Below are positions 8,746-17,978 of a stretch of 64,000 bases of DNA, piece by piece (within the stretch, counting starts at the first letter, position 1; every line of letters starts with the position of its first letter). Below the pieces are notes generated by a model that had not been told where the DNA came from, searched no databases, and saw only the letters and a list, made by a program, of their open reading frames with translations. The stretch comes from Burkholderiales bacterium. GTDB lineage: Bacteria > Pseudomonadota > Gammaproteobacteria > Burkholderiales > SG8-39. The translations under genes and the position numbers were made by a program. The stretch covers positions 3,679 to 67,678 of the forward strand of contig DATKKT010000022.1 of NCBI GenBank assembly GCA_035542795.1, read 5' to 3'.

Positions 8746-9354
8746 TCAAGCGGCGATCCGAGACAGCACGACTGCGAGCTCGGCGAGGCCGCGGGGGTGG
8801 GTGGTGCGGGGGTAGGGCGGCTTGGGCCAGTGCCAGGGCGGGTCCGTGAAGAGGGCGCGCATGGCGTTGATGTCGCAGTGGTAGGGCGGGCCTTCGATAC
8901 GGCCTTCGGCGGCGCCGGGGCGCTGAAGCTGAACGAAAAGCGAAAACAGTTGGCCTTGCGGCACTAGCCAGCGGCGGAGCTGGTCCGCGTAGGCGCGCCA
9001 GTGGTCGGGGTAGAGGGCGCAGAGGCAGGTCTGCTCGTAGATCGCGTCGAAGGGGCGCTCGGGCTGCCAGGCGAGCGCGTCGGCTTGCACGAGCTCGGCC
9101 TTCGCGCCGGCAAGCTGCGTGCGCGTGCGCTCGATCGCGCTTGCCGCGTAGTCGAGGCCGGTGACTTCGAAGCCGCGGCGCGCGAGCTCGGCGACTTCGT
9201 AGCCCGAGCCGCAGCCCGGCACGAGGATGCGGCAGGGCTTGAGCGCGCCGGACTCCAGCCAGGCGTGCAGCTGCGGGCTCGCCTCGCCGCGGTCCCAGGG
9301 CATGTTGCCCTCGGCGAAGCGCTGCTCCCAGAAATCCCGCGTAGGGCCGGCCAT
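8746..9354 (-). CDS. SAM-dependent methyltransferase, TPMT/halide-thiol methyltransferase-like
   Basis: FWEQRFAEGNMPWD and the SAM motif ILVPGCGSGYEV. Start is at codon 96 of ORF 8746..9639. Confidence 0.75.
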   Translation of the reverse strand: MAGPTRDFWEQRFAEGNMPWDRGEASPQLHAWLESGALKPCRILVPGCGSGYEVAELARRGFEVTGLDYAASAIERTRTQLAGAKAELVQADALAWQPERPFDAIYEQTCLCALYPDHWRAYADQLRRWLVPQGQLFSLFVQLQRPGAAEGRIEGPPYHCDINAMRALFTDPPWHWPKPPYPRTTHPRGLAELAVVLSRIAA

Positions 9355-9388
9355 GGATGCGCAAATCTTATATCCTCGGCGGCGCCCC

Positions 9389-12300
9389 ATGCAGATCCGC
9401 TTCGATCCCGCGCTGCCGATCAACCAGAAGCGCGAGGAGATTGCGCGCGCGGTCGCGCAGCACCCGGTGGTGATCGTCTGCGGCGAGACGGGCTCGGGCA
9501 AGACCACGCAGATCCCGAAGATCCTGCTGGAGATGGGGCGCACCGAGGAGGGCATGATCGGCCACACGCAGCCGCGGCGCATCGCGGCGCGCTCGGTGGC
9601 CGCGCGCATCGCCGAGGAGCTGCAGGTGGAGCTTGGCACCGTCGTCGGCTATAAGGTGCGCTTCACCGACCGCGCGCAGCGCGACACCGCCGTGAAGCTC
9701 ATGACCGACGGCATCCTGCTCGCCGAGACGCAAGGCGATCCGCTCTTGCGCGCCTACGGCACGATCGTCGTCGACGAGGCGCACGAGAGAAGCCTGAATA
9801 TCGATTTCCTGCTGGGTTATTTGAAAGGCCTGTTGCTCAAGAGAAAAGATCTGAAATTGATCGTGACCTCCGCGACGATCGACGCGGAGAAGTTCTCCAG
9901 GCACTTCGGCGGCGCGCCGGTGATCGAAGTCTCGGGGCGCCTCTACCCGGTCGAAGTGCGCTGGCGGCCCGTGGGCGGCGACGAGGAGGACACCACGCGC
10001 GACGAGGAGGAGGCCGCGCTCGCCGGCGCCGTGGAGGAGGCCTGCCGCGAGGGCCCGGGCGACGTCCTCGTGTTCCTGCCCGGCGAGCGCGAGATCCGCG
10101 AGGCGGCCGAGGCGCTGCGCAAGCACCGCGTGGCCGCGGAGATCCTGCCGCTCTACTCGCGCCTCTCGAACGCCGAGCAGGATCGCGTGTTCCACCCCGG
10201 CGCCTCGAGGCGCGTGGTGCTCGCTACCAACGTCGCCGAGACCTCGCTCACGGTGCCGCGCATCCATTACGTGGTGGACACCGGCCAGGCGCGTGTCAAG
10301 CGCTACAGCTACCGCAACCGCGTGGAGATGCTGCGCGTGGAGAACGTCTCGCAGGCGGCGGCGCAGCAGCGCGCGGGCCGCTGCGGCCGCGTAGCGGACG
10401 GAATCTGCTTCCGGCTCTATTCCGAGGACGACTTCAACGCGCGGCCCGCGTTCACCGACCCGGAGCTGCTGCGCTCCTCGCTCGCCTCGGTGATCCTGCG
10501 CGCGTTGAGCCTGAATCTGGGCAAGGTGGAGGAGTTCCCGTTCCTCGACGCGCCAAGCCCCAAGGCGATCTCGGAAGGCTACGCGTTGCTCGCCGAGCTC
10601 GGCGCGGTGGACGAGGACAACGCGCTCACGCCCATCGGCCGCGAGCTCGCGCGCCTGCCGCTCGACCCGCGCGTGGCGCGCATGCTCGTCGCCGCGCGCG
10701 AGGAGGGCTGCCTCGAGCAGGTGCTCGTGATCGCCGCGGCGCTCTCGATCCAGGACCCGCGCGAGCGGCCGATGGACAAGGCCGCGGCCGCCGACGAGCG
10801 CCACAAGCCGTTCGATGACGAGCGATCGGATTTCGTCTCATTCCTGAAGCTCTGGAAGTTCCAGGCGCAGGGGGCCTCGCGGCGGCAATGCCGCGAGAAC
10901 TTCCTCTCCTACGCGCGCCTGCGCGAGTGGCGCGACGTGCACGCGCAGCTGCGCCAGGCGGTCGAGGAGCTCGGCTGGAAACCTTCCAGCGCGAACCTGG
11001 AGAAGCCCGACGGCTACCGCTCCGTTCACCGGGCCCTGTTGGCGGGTTTGTTGGGAAATACAGGTCTTAGGGATGAATCGGAAAACAATTACGCCGGCGC
11101 GCGCGGCATCAAGTTCTGGGTGCACCCGGGCTCGGGCACGAAGAAGCCCGGCAAGTGGATCATGGCGGGCGAGCTGGTGGAGACCACGCGCCTCTTCGCG
11201 CGCACGGTGGCGACGATCGAGCCGAAATGGCTCGAGGAGCTCGGCGCGCATCTGCTCAAGCGCCACCGCGAGCGGCCGCACTGGGAGAAGCAGCGCGCGC
11301 AGGTGGTGGCGGTCGAGCGCGGCACGCTCTACGGGCTGCCGGTCTACGCCGACCGGCGCGTGCACTACGGGCCGCACGATCCGAAGCTCGCGCGCGAGAT
11401 CTTCCTGCGCAGCGCGCTCGTGGAGGGCGAGCTCGAGACGCGCGCGCCGTTCTTCGCGCACAACCAGCGCCTCGTGAAGGAAATCGAGCGCCTCGAGCAC
11501 AAGTCGCGCCGGCCCGACATTCTGGTGGACGACGAGCTGATCTACGCCTTCTACGACGCGCGCGTGCCCGAGGGCATCCACAACGGCGCCGACTTCGAGA
11601 AATGGCGCAAGGAGGCCGAGCGTGCGCAGCCTAAGCTGCTCGAGCTGCGGCGCGAGGACCTCATGCGCCACGAGGCCGCGGGCATCACCACCGACAACTT
11701 CCCGCACGAGCTGCAGCTGGGCGCCAACCGCTTCGCGCTCGAGTACCACTTCGAGCCGCGCTCGCCGAAGGACGGCGTGACGATGACGGTGCCGGTGGCG
11801 CTGCTCAACCAGGTGCCGGCGGCTCGCTGCGAGTGGCTGGTGCCGGGGCTCCTCAAGGAGAAGGCGCAGGCCTACGCCAAGGCGATGCCGCAGCGCCTGC
11901 GCCACAAGCTGGGGCCGCTCGCGGAGTTCGCGCAGGGCTTCGCGGCGGCGGTTGCGCCCTCGGACACGCCGCTCGCAGCCGCGCTCGCGCGCTACATCCG
12001 CGCCGAGCTCAACCTGGAAGTGCCCGCCGACGCGTTCCGGCCGGACTCGGCGCCGCCGCATTTGCACATGAACTTCCGCGTGCTCGACGAGCATGGCCGC
12101 CAGCTCGCGATGGGACGGGATCTTGCGACACTGAAGGCGGAATTCGGTTCTCGCATTCAGGAAAGTCTTTCAAAGGAATTTTCGCAAGAACAAATCGAAA
12201 AATTCCACACCTGGAACTTCGGCGATCTCGAGGAGGTCATGGAAATCCGGCGCGGCGGGCAGACGCTCGTGGGCTACCCCGCGCTGCAGGATGCCGGGGA

Positions 12301-13024
12301 CGGCGTGACGCTGCAGGTGTTCGATTCGCCCGAGCGCGCGCGCGAGGTGCACCGCGCGGGCGTGCGCCGGCTCCTGGCGATCGCGTTCCGCGAGCGCGTG
12401 CGCGACCTGGAGAAGGGACTGCAGAAGGACATGAGCCTCGCCGCGCTGAAGGACGATGTCATCGCGGCGGCGCTCGAGCGCACGTTCCTCGCCGAGTCGC
12501 TGCCGATGCTGCAGGCGGATTTCACACGACGCGCGCACGAAGGCCGCAGCCGGTTGAACCTCATCGCGCAGGAGCTGCAGCGCCTCGCCGCCGCGATCCT
12601 CGCCGAGCAGGCGCAGGTGCAGAAGCGCCTCGCTGCGGTCCAGAAGGCCTTTCCGCAGGCGGCCGAGGACGTGAAGCAGCAGTGCGCGCGCCTGCTCGCG
12701 CCCGGCTTCCTCGCGCGCACGCCCTGGGAGCGGCTGCAGCACTTCCCGCGCTACCTCAAGGCGGCGGCCCTGCGCCTGGAGAAGCTGCGCTCAGGCCCCG
12801 CGCGCGACGCGCAGCGCGCGGCCGAGCTCGGCCCGCTGGAGCAGGGCTATCGCCGCGAGCTCGCCTCGCGACTGAAGCTGGGCGGATCGGTGAGCGCGGA
12901 GCTCGAGCAGTTCGGCTGGCTGCTCGAGGAGCTGCGCGTGTCGCTGTTCGCGCAGGAGCTGAAGACGCCGGTGCCGGTGTCGGCGAAGCGCCTCGCCAAG
13001 CTGTGGCACAGTATCCGCAAATAG
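9389..13024 (+). CDS. hrpA: ATP-dependent RNA helicase HrpA (DEAH-box)
   Basis: GETGSGKTTQ, VVDEAHERS, TSATID and QRAGRCGR motifs, plus a long HrpA C-terminal region. ATG at codon 55 of ORF 9227..13024. Confidence 0.9.
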   Translation: MQIRFDPALPINQKREEIARAVAQHPVVIVCGETGSGKTTQIPKILLEMGRTEEGMIGHTQPRRIAARSVAARIAEELQVELGTVVGYKVRFTDRAQRDTAVKLMTDGILLAETQGDPLLRAYGTIVVDEAHERSLNIDFLLGYLKGLLLKRKDLKLIVTSATIDAEKFSRHFGGAPVIEVSGRLYPVEVRWRPVGGDEEDTTRDEEEAALAGAVEEACREGPGDVLVFLPGEREIREAAEALRKHRVAAEILPLYSRLSNAEQDRVFHPGASRRVVLATNVAETSLTVPRIHYVVDTGQARVKRYSYRNRVEMLRVENVSQAAAQQRAGRCGRVADGICFRLYSEDDFNARPAFTDPELLRSSLASVILRALSLNLGKVEEFPFLDAPSPKAISEGYALLAELGAVDEDNALTPIGRELARLPLDPRVARMLVAAREEGCLEQVLVIAAALSIQDPRERPMDKAAAADERHKPFDDERSDFVSFLKLWKFQAQGASRRQCRENFLSYARLREWRDVHAQLRQAVEELGWKPSSANLEKPDGYRSVHRALLAGLLGNTGLRDESENNYAGARGIKFWVHPGSGTKKPGKWIMAGELVETTRLFARTVATIEPKWLEELGAHLLKRHRERPHWEKQRAQVVAVERGTLYGLPVYADRRVHYGPHDPKLAREIFLRSALVEGELETRAPFFAHNQRLVKEIERLEHKSRRPDILVDDELIYAFYDARVPEGIHNGADFEKWRKEAERAQPKLLELRREDLMRHEAAGITTDNFPHELQLGANRFALEYHFEPRSPKDGVTMTVPVALLNQVPAARCEWLVPGLLKEKAQAYAKAMPQRLRHKLGPLAEFAQGFAAAVAPSDTPLAAALARYIRAELNLEVPADAFRPDSAPPHLHMNFRVLDEHGRQLAMGRDLATLKAEFGSRIQESLSKEFSQEQIEKFHTWNFGDLEEVMEIRRGGQTLVGYPALQDAGDGVTLQVFDSPERAREVHRAGVRRLLAIAFRERVRDLEKGLQKDMSLAALKDDVIAAALERTFLAESLPMLQADFTRRAHEGRSRLNLIAQELQRLAAAILAEQAQVQKRLAAVQKAFPQAAEDVKQQCARLLAPGFLARTPWERLQHFPRYLKAAALRLEKLRSGPARDAQRAAELGPLEQGYRRELASRLKLGGSVSAELEQFGWLLEELRVSLFAQELKTPVPVSAKRLAKLWHSIRK

Positions 13025-13034
13025 GCACCGCCCG

Positions 13035-13802
13035 ATGAGCCGAATCTTCGCCGCAATCGCCGTCGCCTTCGTCAACCTGCTGCATCCGCGCATGCTGTGG
13101 CTGATGATCTGGCCGATCCTCGCGGCGCTCGCGGTCTGGGGACTCGCGGCGTTCCTGTTCTGGATGCGCAGCGCGCTCTGGCTTGCCGGGCACTTCCGGA
13201 GCTGGGCCGAGTCGGGCGTGTTCTTCATTCGCTTCGACACCGGGGATGCGGCGCTGATCGCCGCGCACGTGATCCTCGTGCTCACCTGGGTGCCGGCCGT
13301 CTACCTCACGGCGCTGATGCTGCTCAGCGTGTTCGGCATGCAGGAGATGGTCGAGCACGTCGCGCGGCGCCGCTTCCCGCAGCTCGAGCGCCGGCGCGGC
13401 GGCAGCATCGCCGGCAGCGCGTGGAACGGCGTGGTCGCGCTCGCCGGCATGGCCGGCCTTGCGCTCGTCACGCTGCCGCTCTGGGTGTTCCCGCCGCTCT
13501 GGGCGGTGATCCCGGTGGCGGTGTTCGCCTGGGTGAACCAGCGCGTGCTGCGCTACGACGCGCTCGCCGAGCATGCGAGCCCGGAGGAGATGCGCGCGCT
13601 GTTCGCCGCGCAGCGCAGGCCCCTCTACGTGCTGGGCCTGCTGCTCGCGCTCGTCGCCTTCGTGCCGCTCGCCGGCTTCATCGCGCCGGTGCTGTTCGGC
13701 CTGGCGTTCATCAATTTCCTGCTCGCGGAACTGCAGGCGCTGCGCCAGGCGCCGATCGACGGCCAGGTGGTCGGCCGCGAGACGCCGCTCGCGCGCCGCT
13801 AG
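13035..13802 (+). CDS. EI24/CysZ-like integral membrane protein
   Basis: Multi-pass membrane protein whose overall pattern resembles EI24-domain proteins of Burkholderiales. Family assignment is by recollection only. Confidence 0.5.
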   Translation: MSRIFAAIAVAFVNLLHPRMLWLMIWPILAALAVWGLAAFLFWMRSALWLAGHFRSWAESGVFFIRFDTGDAALIAAHVILVLTWVPAVYLTALMLLSVFGMQEMVEHVARRRFPQLERRRGGSIAGSAWNGVVALAGMAGLALVTLPLWVFPPLWAVIPVAVFAWVNQRVLRYDALAEHASPEEMRALFAAQRRPLYVLGLLLALVAFVPLAGFIAPVLFGLAFINFLLAELQALRQAPIDGQVVGRETPLARR

Positions 13803-13805
13803 CGC

Positions 13806-14705
13806 TCAGCTCGGGCGCACCGGCAGGTCGAGGCCGCGCACCGCCTCGGCGATCGCCGCGAGCGCCGCCGGGCGGTGGAAGCCGCGCCGCGAGGCGAGCA
13901 CGATGCGCCGCACGGGGCAGGGGTCGCTGAAGGGCACGGTTTTCACGAGCGGATTGGCGTAGCGCGCGGTGAGCGCGGTAGCCGGCAGCACCGTGACGCC
14001 GAGGCCCGAGGCCACCATGCTGCGCAGGGTCTCGAGCGAGTTGCCCTGCCGGCCGGGCTCGGGCGGGCGCGAGAACTCGCGGCAGGCGTCCAGCACCTGG
14101 TCGCGGAAGCAATGGCCCACCGGCAGCAGCAGCAGCTCGCCCGCATCGAGCTCTTCCACCGCTACCGTCTTCTTCTTCGCGAGCGGGTGCGCCGCCGGCG
14201 CGGCGACGCGGAAGCTCTCCTCGTAGAGCGGCACGGTCTCCAGGCCGGGGCCGCCATAGGGCAACGCGAGGATCACGGCGTCCAGCTCGCCCGCCTTGAG
14301 CATGCGGTCCAGATTCGCGGTGGTGTTCTCCTCCACGTCGAGCGGCATGCCGGGCGCGGAGCGGCGCAGCGCCGCGACCAGCTGCGGCAGCAGGTACGGC
14401 GCGATGGTGTGGATGATGCCCAGGCGCAGCACGCCCTGCAGCGGGTCGCGCCCCTGGCGCGCCACGCTCTTCACGCGCTCTGCCTCCTCGAGCGCGCGGC
14501 GCGCCTGCGCGACGATCTGCTCGCCCGCCTCGGTGACGAACACGCCGCGCTTGCCGCGCTCGAACAGCGTCACGCCGAGCTCCTCCTCCAGGTTCTTCAC
14601 CGAGGCGGAGAGGCTGGGCTGGCTGACGAAGCAGCGCTCGGCGGCGCGGCCGAAATGCCGCGTCTCGGCCACCGCCACGATGTACCTGAACTCAGTGAGT
14701 GTCAT
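13806..14705 (-). CDS. oxyR: LysR-family hydrogen peroxide sensor OxyR
   Basis: HTH MTLTEFRYIVAVAETRHFGRAAERCFVSQPSLS. Redox cysteine pair in GHCFRDQVLDAC. Divergent from a peroxiredoxin gene. Confidence 0.85.
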   Translation of the reverse strand: MTLTEFRYIVAVAETRHFGRAAERCFVSQPSLSASVKNLEEELGVTLFERGKRGVFVTEAGEQIVAQARRALEEAERVKSVARQGRDPLQGVLRLGIIHTIAPYLLPQLVAALRRSAPGMPLDVEENTTANLDRMLKAGELDAVILALPYGGPGLETVPLYEESFRVAAPAAHPLAKKKTVAVEELDAGELLLLPVGHCFRDQVLDACREFSRPPEPGRQGNSLETLRSMVASGLGVTVLPATALTARYANPLVKTVPFSDPCPVRRIVLASRRGFHRPAALAAIAEAVRGLDLPVRPS

Positions 14706-14740
14706 AGGGTAGGACTATTATACGCATGACGACAAAGTAT
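14704..14740. promoter_or_regulatory. Candidate OxyR operator
   Basis: ATAG-N7-CTAT-N7-ATGA-N7-GTAT, compared with the consensus ATAG-N7-CTAT-N7-ATAG-N7-CTAT. Lies in the 102-bp oxyR/peroxiredoxin spacer and abuts the oxyR ATG. Confidence 0.45.
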
Positions 14741-14807
14741 TGGAATAGAGGGGAGCAGACCTCTACATTGGCGGCATACATCGTTTCCACCAATCGAAAG
14801 GATCTCC

Positions 14808-15545
14808 ATGCATCCCCTCCGTGAAGGCCAGAAAGTCCCCCAGGTCACGTTTCGCACACGCCAAGGCGGCGACTGGCAGAACGTCACCAGCGAAGAGATC
14901 TTCAAAGACAAGACCGTGGTCGTGTTCTCGCTGCCCGGCGCGTTCACTCCGACCTGCTCCTCTACCCATTTGCCGCGCTACAACGAGCTCGCGCCCGCGT
15001 TCTTCGCCCACGGCGTAGACGCGATCGTCTGCGTCTCGGTGAACGACGCGTTCGTGATGAACGAGTGGGCGGCCGGCCAGGAATGCGACAACGTGCAGCT
15101 GCTGCCCGACGGCAACGGCGAATTCACCGCCGGCATGGGCATGCTGGTAGACAAGGCCGACCTCGGCTTCGGCAAGCGCTCCTGGCGCTACTCGATGCTC
15201 GTCCGGGACGGCGTGGTGCAGAAGATGTTCGTGGAGCCGCAGAAGCCCGGCGACCCGTTCGAGGTCTCGGACGCCGACACCATGCTCGCCTACGTAGCGC
15301 CCCAGGCGAAGAAGCCCGACCAGGTGGCGATCCTCACGCGCGAGGGCTGCGGCTACTGCGCGCGCGCGAAGAAGCTGCTGCAGGAGCTCGGCTACGACTA
15401 CGCCGAGATCTCGTTGCCGCACAAGAACCGCAGCCGTATCGTGGGCGCGATCACCGGCAAGGGGACGGTCCCGCAGGTCTTCGTCAACGGCAGGCTCATC
15501 GGCGGTTTCGAAGAACTGCAGTCCTGGTCGAAAAAGGCCGCCTAG
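14808..15545 (+). CDS. Hybrid peroxiredoxin-glutaredoxin (Prx5-Grx fusion)
   Basis: Prx5 motif [12 protein letters not shown] at the N-terminus. Glutaredoxin CGYC with [14 protein letters not shown] at the C-terminus. Confidence 0.9.
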   Translation: MHPLREGQKVPQVTFRTRQGGDWQNVTSEEIFKDKTVVVFSLPGAFTPTCSSTHLPRYNELAPAFFAHGVDAIVCVSVNDAFVMNEWAAGQECDNVQLLPDGNGEFTAGMGMLVDKADLGFGKRSWRYSMLVRDGVVQKMFVEPQKPGDPFEVSDADTMLAYVAPQAKKPDQVAILTREGCGYCARAKKLLQELGYDYAEISLPHKNRSRIVGAITGKGTVPQVFVNGRLIGGFEELQSWSKKAA

Positions 15546-15565
15546 GCCGCGCTTAGAATGCCGGC

Positions 15566-16306
15566 ATGGCATTCGGGGCGCTGGTGATCGGCGACGAGAT
15601 TCTGGTCGGCAAGCGCCAGGACAAGCATCTCGGCTTCCTCATCCAGGCACTGGCGAGCCGCGGCCTGCGGCTCGCCTGGGCCGAATACCACGGCGACGAC
15701 CCGGAGCGGCTGACGGCCGCGCTGCGGCGCACCTTCGGCTCGGGCGACGTGGTGTTCTCGTTCGGCGGCATCGGCGCCACGCCCGACGACCATACGCGCC
15801 AATGCGCGGCGGCGGCGCTCGGGCTCGAGGTCGCGCTGCATCCGGAGGCCGAACGCGAGATCCGCGGCCGCTTCGGCAGCGATACGACGCCGCAGCGCCT
15901 GAAGATGGGGGAGTTTCCCGCGGGCGCCGAGATCATCCCGAATCCCTTCAACCGCATCCCCGGCTTCGCGCTGCGCGAGCACTGGTTCGTGCCGGGATTT
16001 CCGCAGATGGCCTGGCCGATGACCGAATGGGTGCTCGACACGAAGTACCGGCATCTCTTCGACCGCGACCGCTGGGCCGAGGCCTCGGTGATCGTCTACG
16101 AGCTGCCCGAATCTACGATCGCGCCGCTCATGGAGGAGGTGAACGCCCGGTACAAGGGCTTGAAGGCCTTCAGCCTGCCCAGCATGGGCGAGGGCGGCAC
16201 GCGCCGGCACATCGAGCTCGGCGTGCGCGGCGCGCCCGCCGAGGTGGCGCCGGCGATGGACGACGTGCGCCGGGGCGTGGAGCGCCTGGGCGGGCGCTAC
16301 AAATAA
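15566..16306 (+). CDS. Molybdopterin-binding (MoCF_biosynth/CinA N-terminal-like) domain protein
   Basis: ALVIGDEILVGKRQDKH...FSFGGIGATPDDHT is typical of the MoaB/MogA/CinA-N fold. Confidence 0.65.
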   Translation: MAFGALVIGDEILVGKRQDKHLGFLIQALASRGLRLAWAEYHGDDPERLTAALRRTFGSGDVVFSFGGIGATPDDHTRQCAAAALGLEVALHPEAEREIRGRFGSDTTPQRLKMGEFPAGAEIIPNPFNRIPGFALREHWFVPGFPQMAWPMTEWVLDTKYRHLFDRDRWAEASVIVYELPESTIAPLMEEVNARYKGLKAFSLPSMGEGGTRRHIELGVRGAPAEVAPAMDDVRRGVERLGGRYK

Positions 16307-16330
16307 AAAGCCCCGCCGGAGCGGGGCTTT
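16307..16330. terminator. Bidirectional intrinsic terminator between convergent genes
   Basis: AAAGCCCCGC-CGGA-GCGGGGCTTT, a 10-bp stem with A/T flanks. Lies between the stop at 16306 (+) and the stop at 16351 (-). Confidence 0.7.
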
Positions 16331-16350
16331 CAGAAGCGACCTTGGAAAAC

Positions 16351-16893
16351 TCAGGCGGCTTTCTTCGACTTCGCGAGGCCCTTGACGGTCTCGGACGCGG
16401 CGGCGACGTTCGCTTCCGCGATCTCGGTCGCCTGCTTCGCGACCTTGTTGAAGTTGTCGTACGCCGAGTTGGCGGCGGCGATCATCTGCTTGACCGCGCT
16501 CACGGCGACGTCGGAGCCCGCGGGGGCGTTCTTCGCGGCCTTGTCCAGCAGCGTCACGAAGTTCTCGTTCCACTCGGACACGCGGCGCTCGGCGGCCTTG
16601 CTGAACTCGCTGTTGGTCTGCGTCGCCACCTCGTACACGCTCTTCGAGTAGGCGATCGCCTTCTCGATGGCCGGCTGGGCGAAGGTGCTCTGCAGGCTCA
16701 TCAGCTCCTGCACGTCCTTGGCGCCGGCGAGAGCGCGCGCGTTGGCGACGCCGTCTTCGAACGCCGCCTTGACGGCGTTGGCGTTCAGGCTCGCGAGCTT
16801 CTCGATCGCGGCGAACTGCGTGGTCGCGAGCGAGAGCAGCGCGTCTACATTGGCCTTGGCGGTGGCTTGGAGTTGCTCAGGGGTCACGTACAT
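16351..16893 (-). CDS. Phasin (PHA granule-associated protein)
   Basis: MYVTPEQLQATAKANVDALLSLATTQFAAIEKLASLN and an Ala-rich helical, low-complexity body. AAGGAG SD upstream of the ATG at 16893 (codon 48 of the listed ORF). Confidence 0.85.
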   Translation of the reverse strand: MYVTPEQLQATAKANVDALLSLATTQFAAIEKLASLNANAVKAAFEDGVANARALAGAKDVQELMSLQSTFAQPAIEKAIAYSKSVYEVATQTNSEFSKAAERRVSEWNENFVTLLDKAAKNAPAGSDVAVSAVKQMIAAANSAYDNFNKVAKQATEIAEANVAAASETVKGLAKSKKAA

Positions 16894-16945
16894 TTGAATC
16901 TCCTTAAGGTTCAGGTTCGTCTGGGTTGTCCGTTTGGGCGCGTTG

Positions 16946-17011
16946 TGCGCCGCAGCAAAATGGATTCTACCCCTAACCGCCTTTCTGTCAAGCACTTTGT
17001 GCAGTGCACAA
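16946..17011. promoter_or_regulatory. Two TGC-N3-GCA boxes (PhaR-like operator candidates) upstream of the phasin gene
   Basis: TGCGCCGCA (16946..16954) and TGCAGTGCA (17000..17008). The latter is the core of a perfect palindrome TTGTGCA-G-TGCACAA (16997..17011). Both fit TGCRNYGCA, as I recall it being reported for Paracoccus PhaR. Confidence 0.35.
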
Positions 17012-17084
17012 GACAAACCTGGTGTGTCGCACAATCCCGTTTCAATCGGCGCGGCAGGAATCAGAAGTTAGTGCTGGCTCACTA

Positions 17085-17978
17085 ATGCAGACTTCCTCCC
17101 AGGAGCACCTCCCGGCACGCCTCTGGTGGGTGCTCGCCGGCCTCACCCTGGTCTGGGGATTCAACTGGACCGCGATGAAGGTGGCGATCGCCGAGGTCAC
17201 GCCGTTCACCTTCCGCACGCTGTGCCTGGGGCTGGGCTCGGGCGTGCTGTTCGCGCTCCTGCGCGCGAGCGGCCAGCCGCTCGCCATCCCGCGCGACCAG
17301 TGGCCGCGCCTCGTGCTGATCGCCTTCTTCAACATCACCTGCTGGAACCTGCTGGTGGTCTTCGGCCTGACGATGCTGCCCTCGGGCCGCGCGGCGATCC
17401 TCGCCTACACCATGCCCGCGTGGTCGATCCCGCTTTCGGTGCTGCTGCTGGGCGAGCGCCTGACCGGCCGCAAGCTGCTGGGCCTCGCGCTCGGCATGGG
17501 CGGCATGGCGCTGCTGGTCTGGGACGAGTTCCACCGCCTCCAGGGCGCGCCGCTGGGCGCGCTGCTCGTGCTGTGCGCCGCGCTCACCTGGGCGATCGGC
17601 ACGATCCTGCAGAAGAAGTACCCGGTGCGCGCGCCGGTGGCGGGCTTCACGGCCTGGCTGATGCTGCTGGGCGGCGTGCCGATCTACCTCGGCGCCCTGC
17701 TGTTCGAGGACTTCCGCAAGCTCGCCGATCTGCGCCTGACGACGGCGCTCGCGGTCTCCTACAACGTGCTGCTCGCCTTCGCCTGGGCGCACTGGGCCTG
17801 GATCAAGATCGCCACCAGCGTCTCGGTTACGGTGTTCTCGCTGTCGATGCTGGTGATCCCCGTGGTGGGCGTGTTCAGCGGCATGCTGTTCCTCGGCGAG
17901 CGCCCCGGCTGGCAGGAGTACACGGCGCTCGCCTGCGTGTTGGGCTCGCTCGCGAGCGTCGTCGTGCCTAGAAAGTAG
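17085..17978 (+). CDS. DMT-superfamily (EamA) transporter
   Basis: Ten predicted TM segments and duplicated EamA-like halves. ATG at codon 28 of ORF 17004..17978. Confidence 0.8.
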   Translation: MQTSSQEHLPARLWWVLAGLTLVWGFNWTAMKVAIAEVTPFTFRTLCLGLGSGVLFALLRASGQPLAIPRDQWPRLVLIAFFNITCWNLLVVFGLTMLPSGRAAILAYTMPAWSIPLSVLLLGERLTGRKLLGLALGMGGMALLVWDEFHRLQGAPLGALLVLCAALTWAIGTILQKKYPVRAPVAGFTAWLMLLGGVPIYLGALLFEDFRKLADLRLTTALAVSYNVLLAFAWAHWAWIKIATSVSVTVFSLSMLVIPVVGVFSGMLFLGERPGWQEYTALACVLGSLASVVVPRK

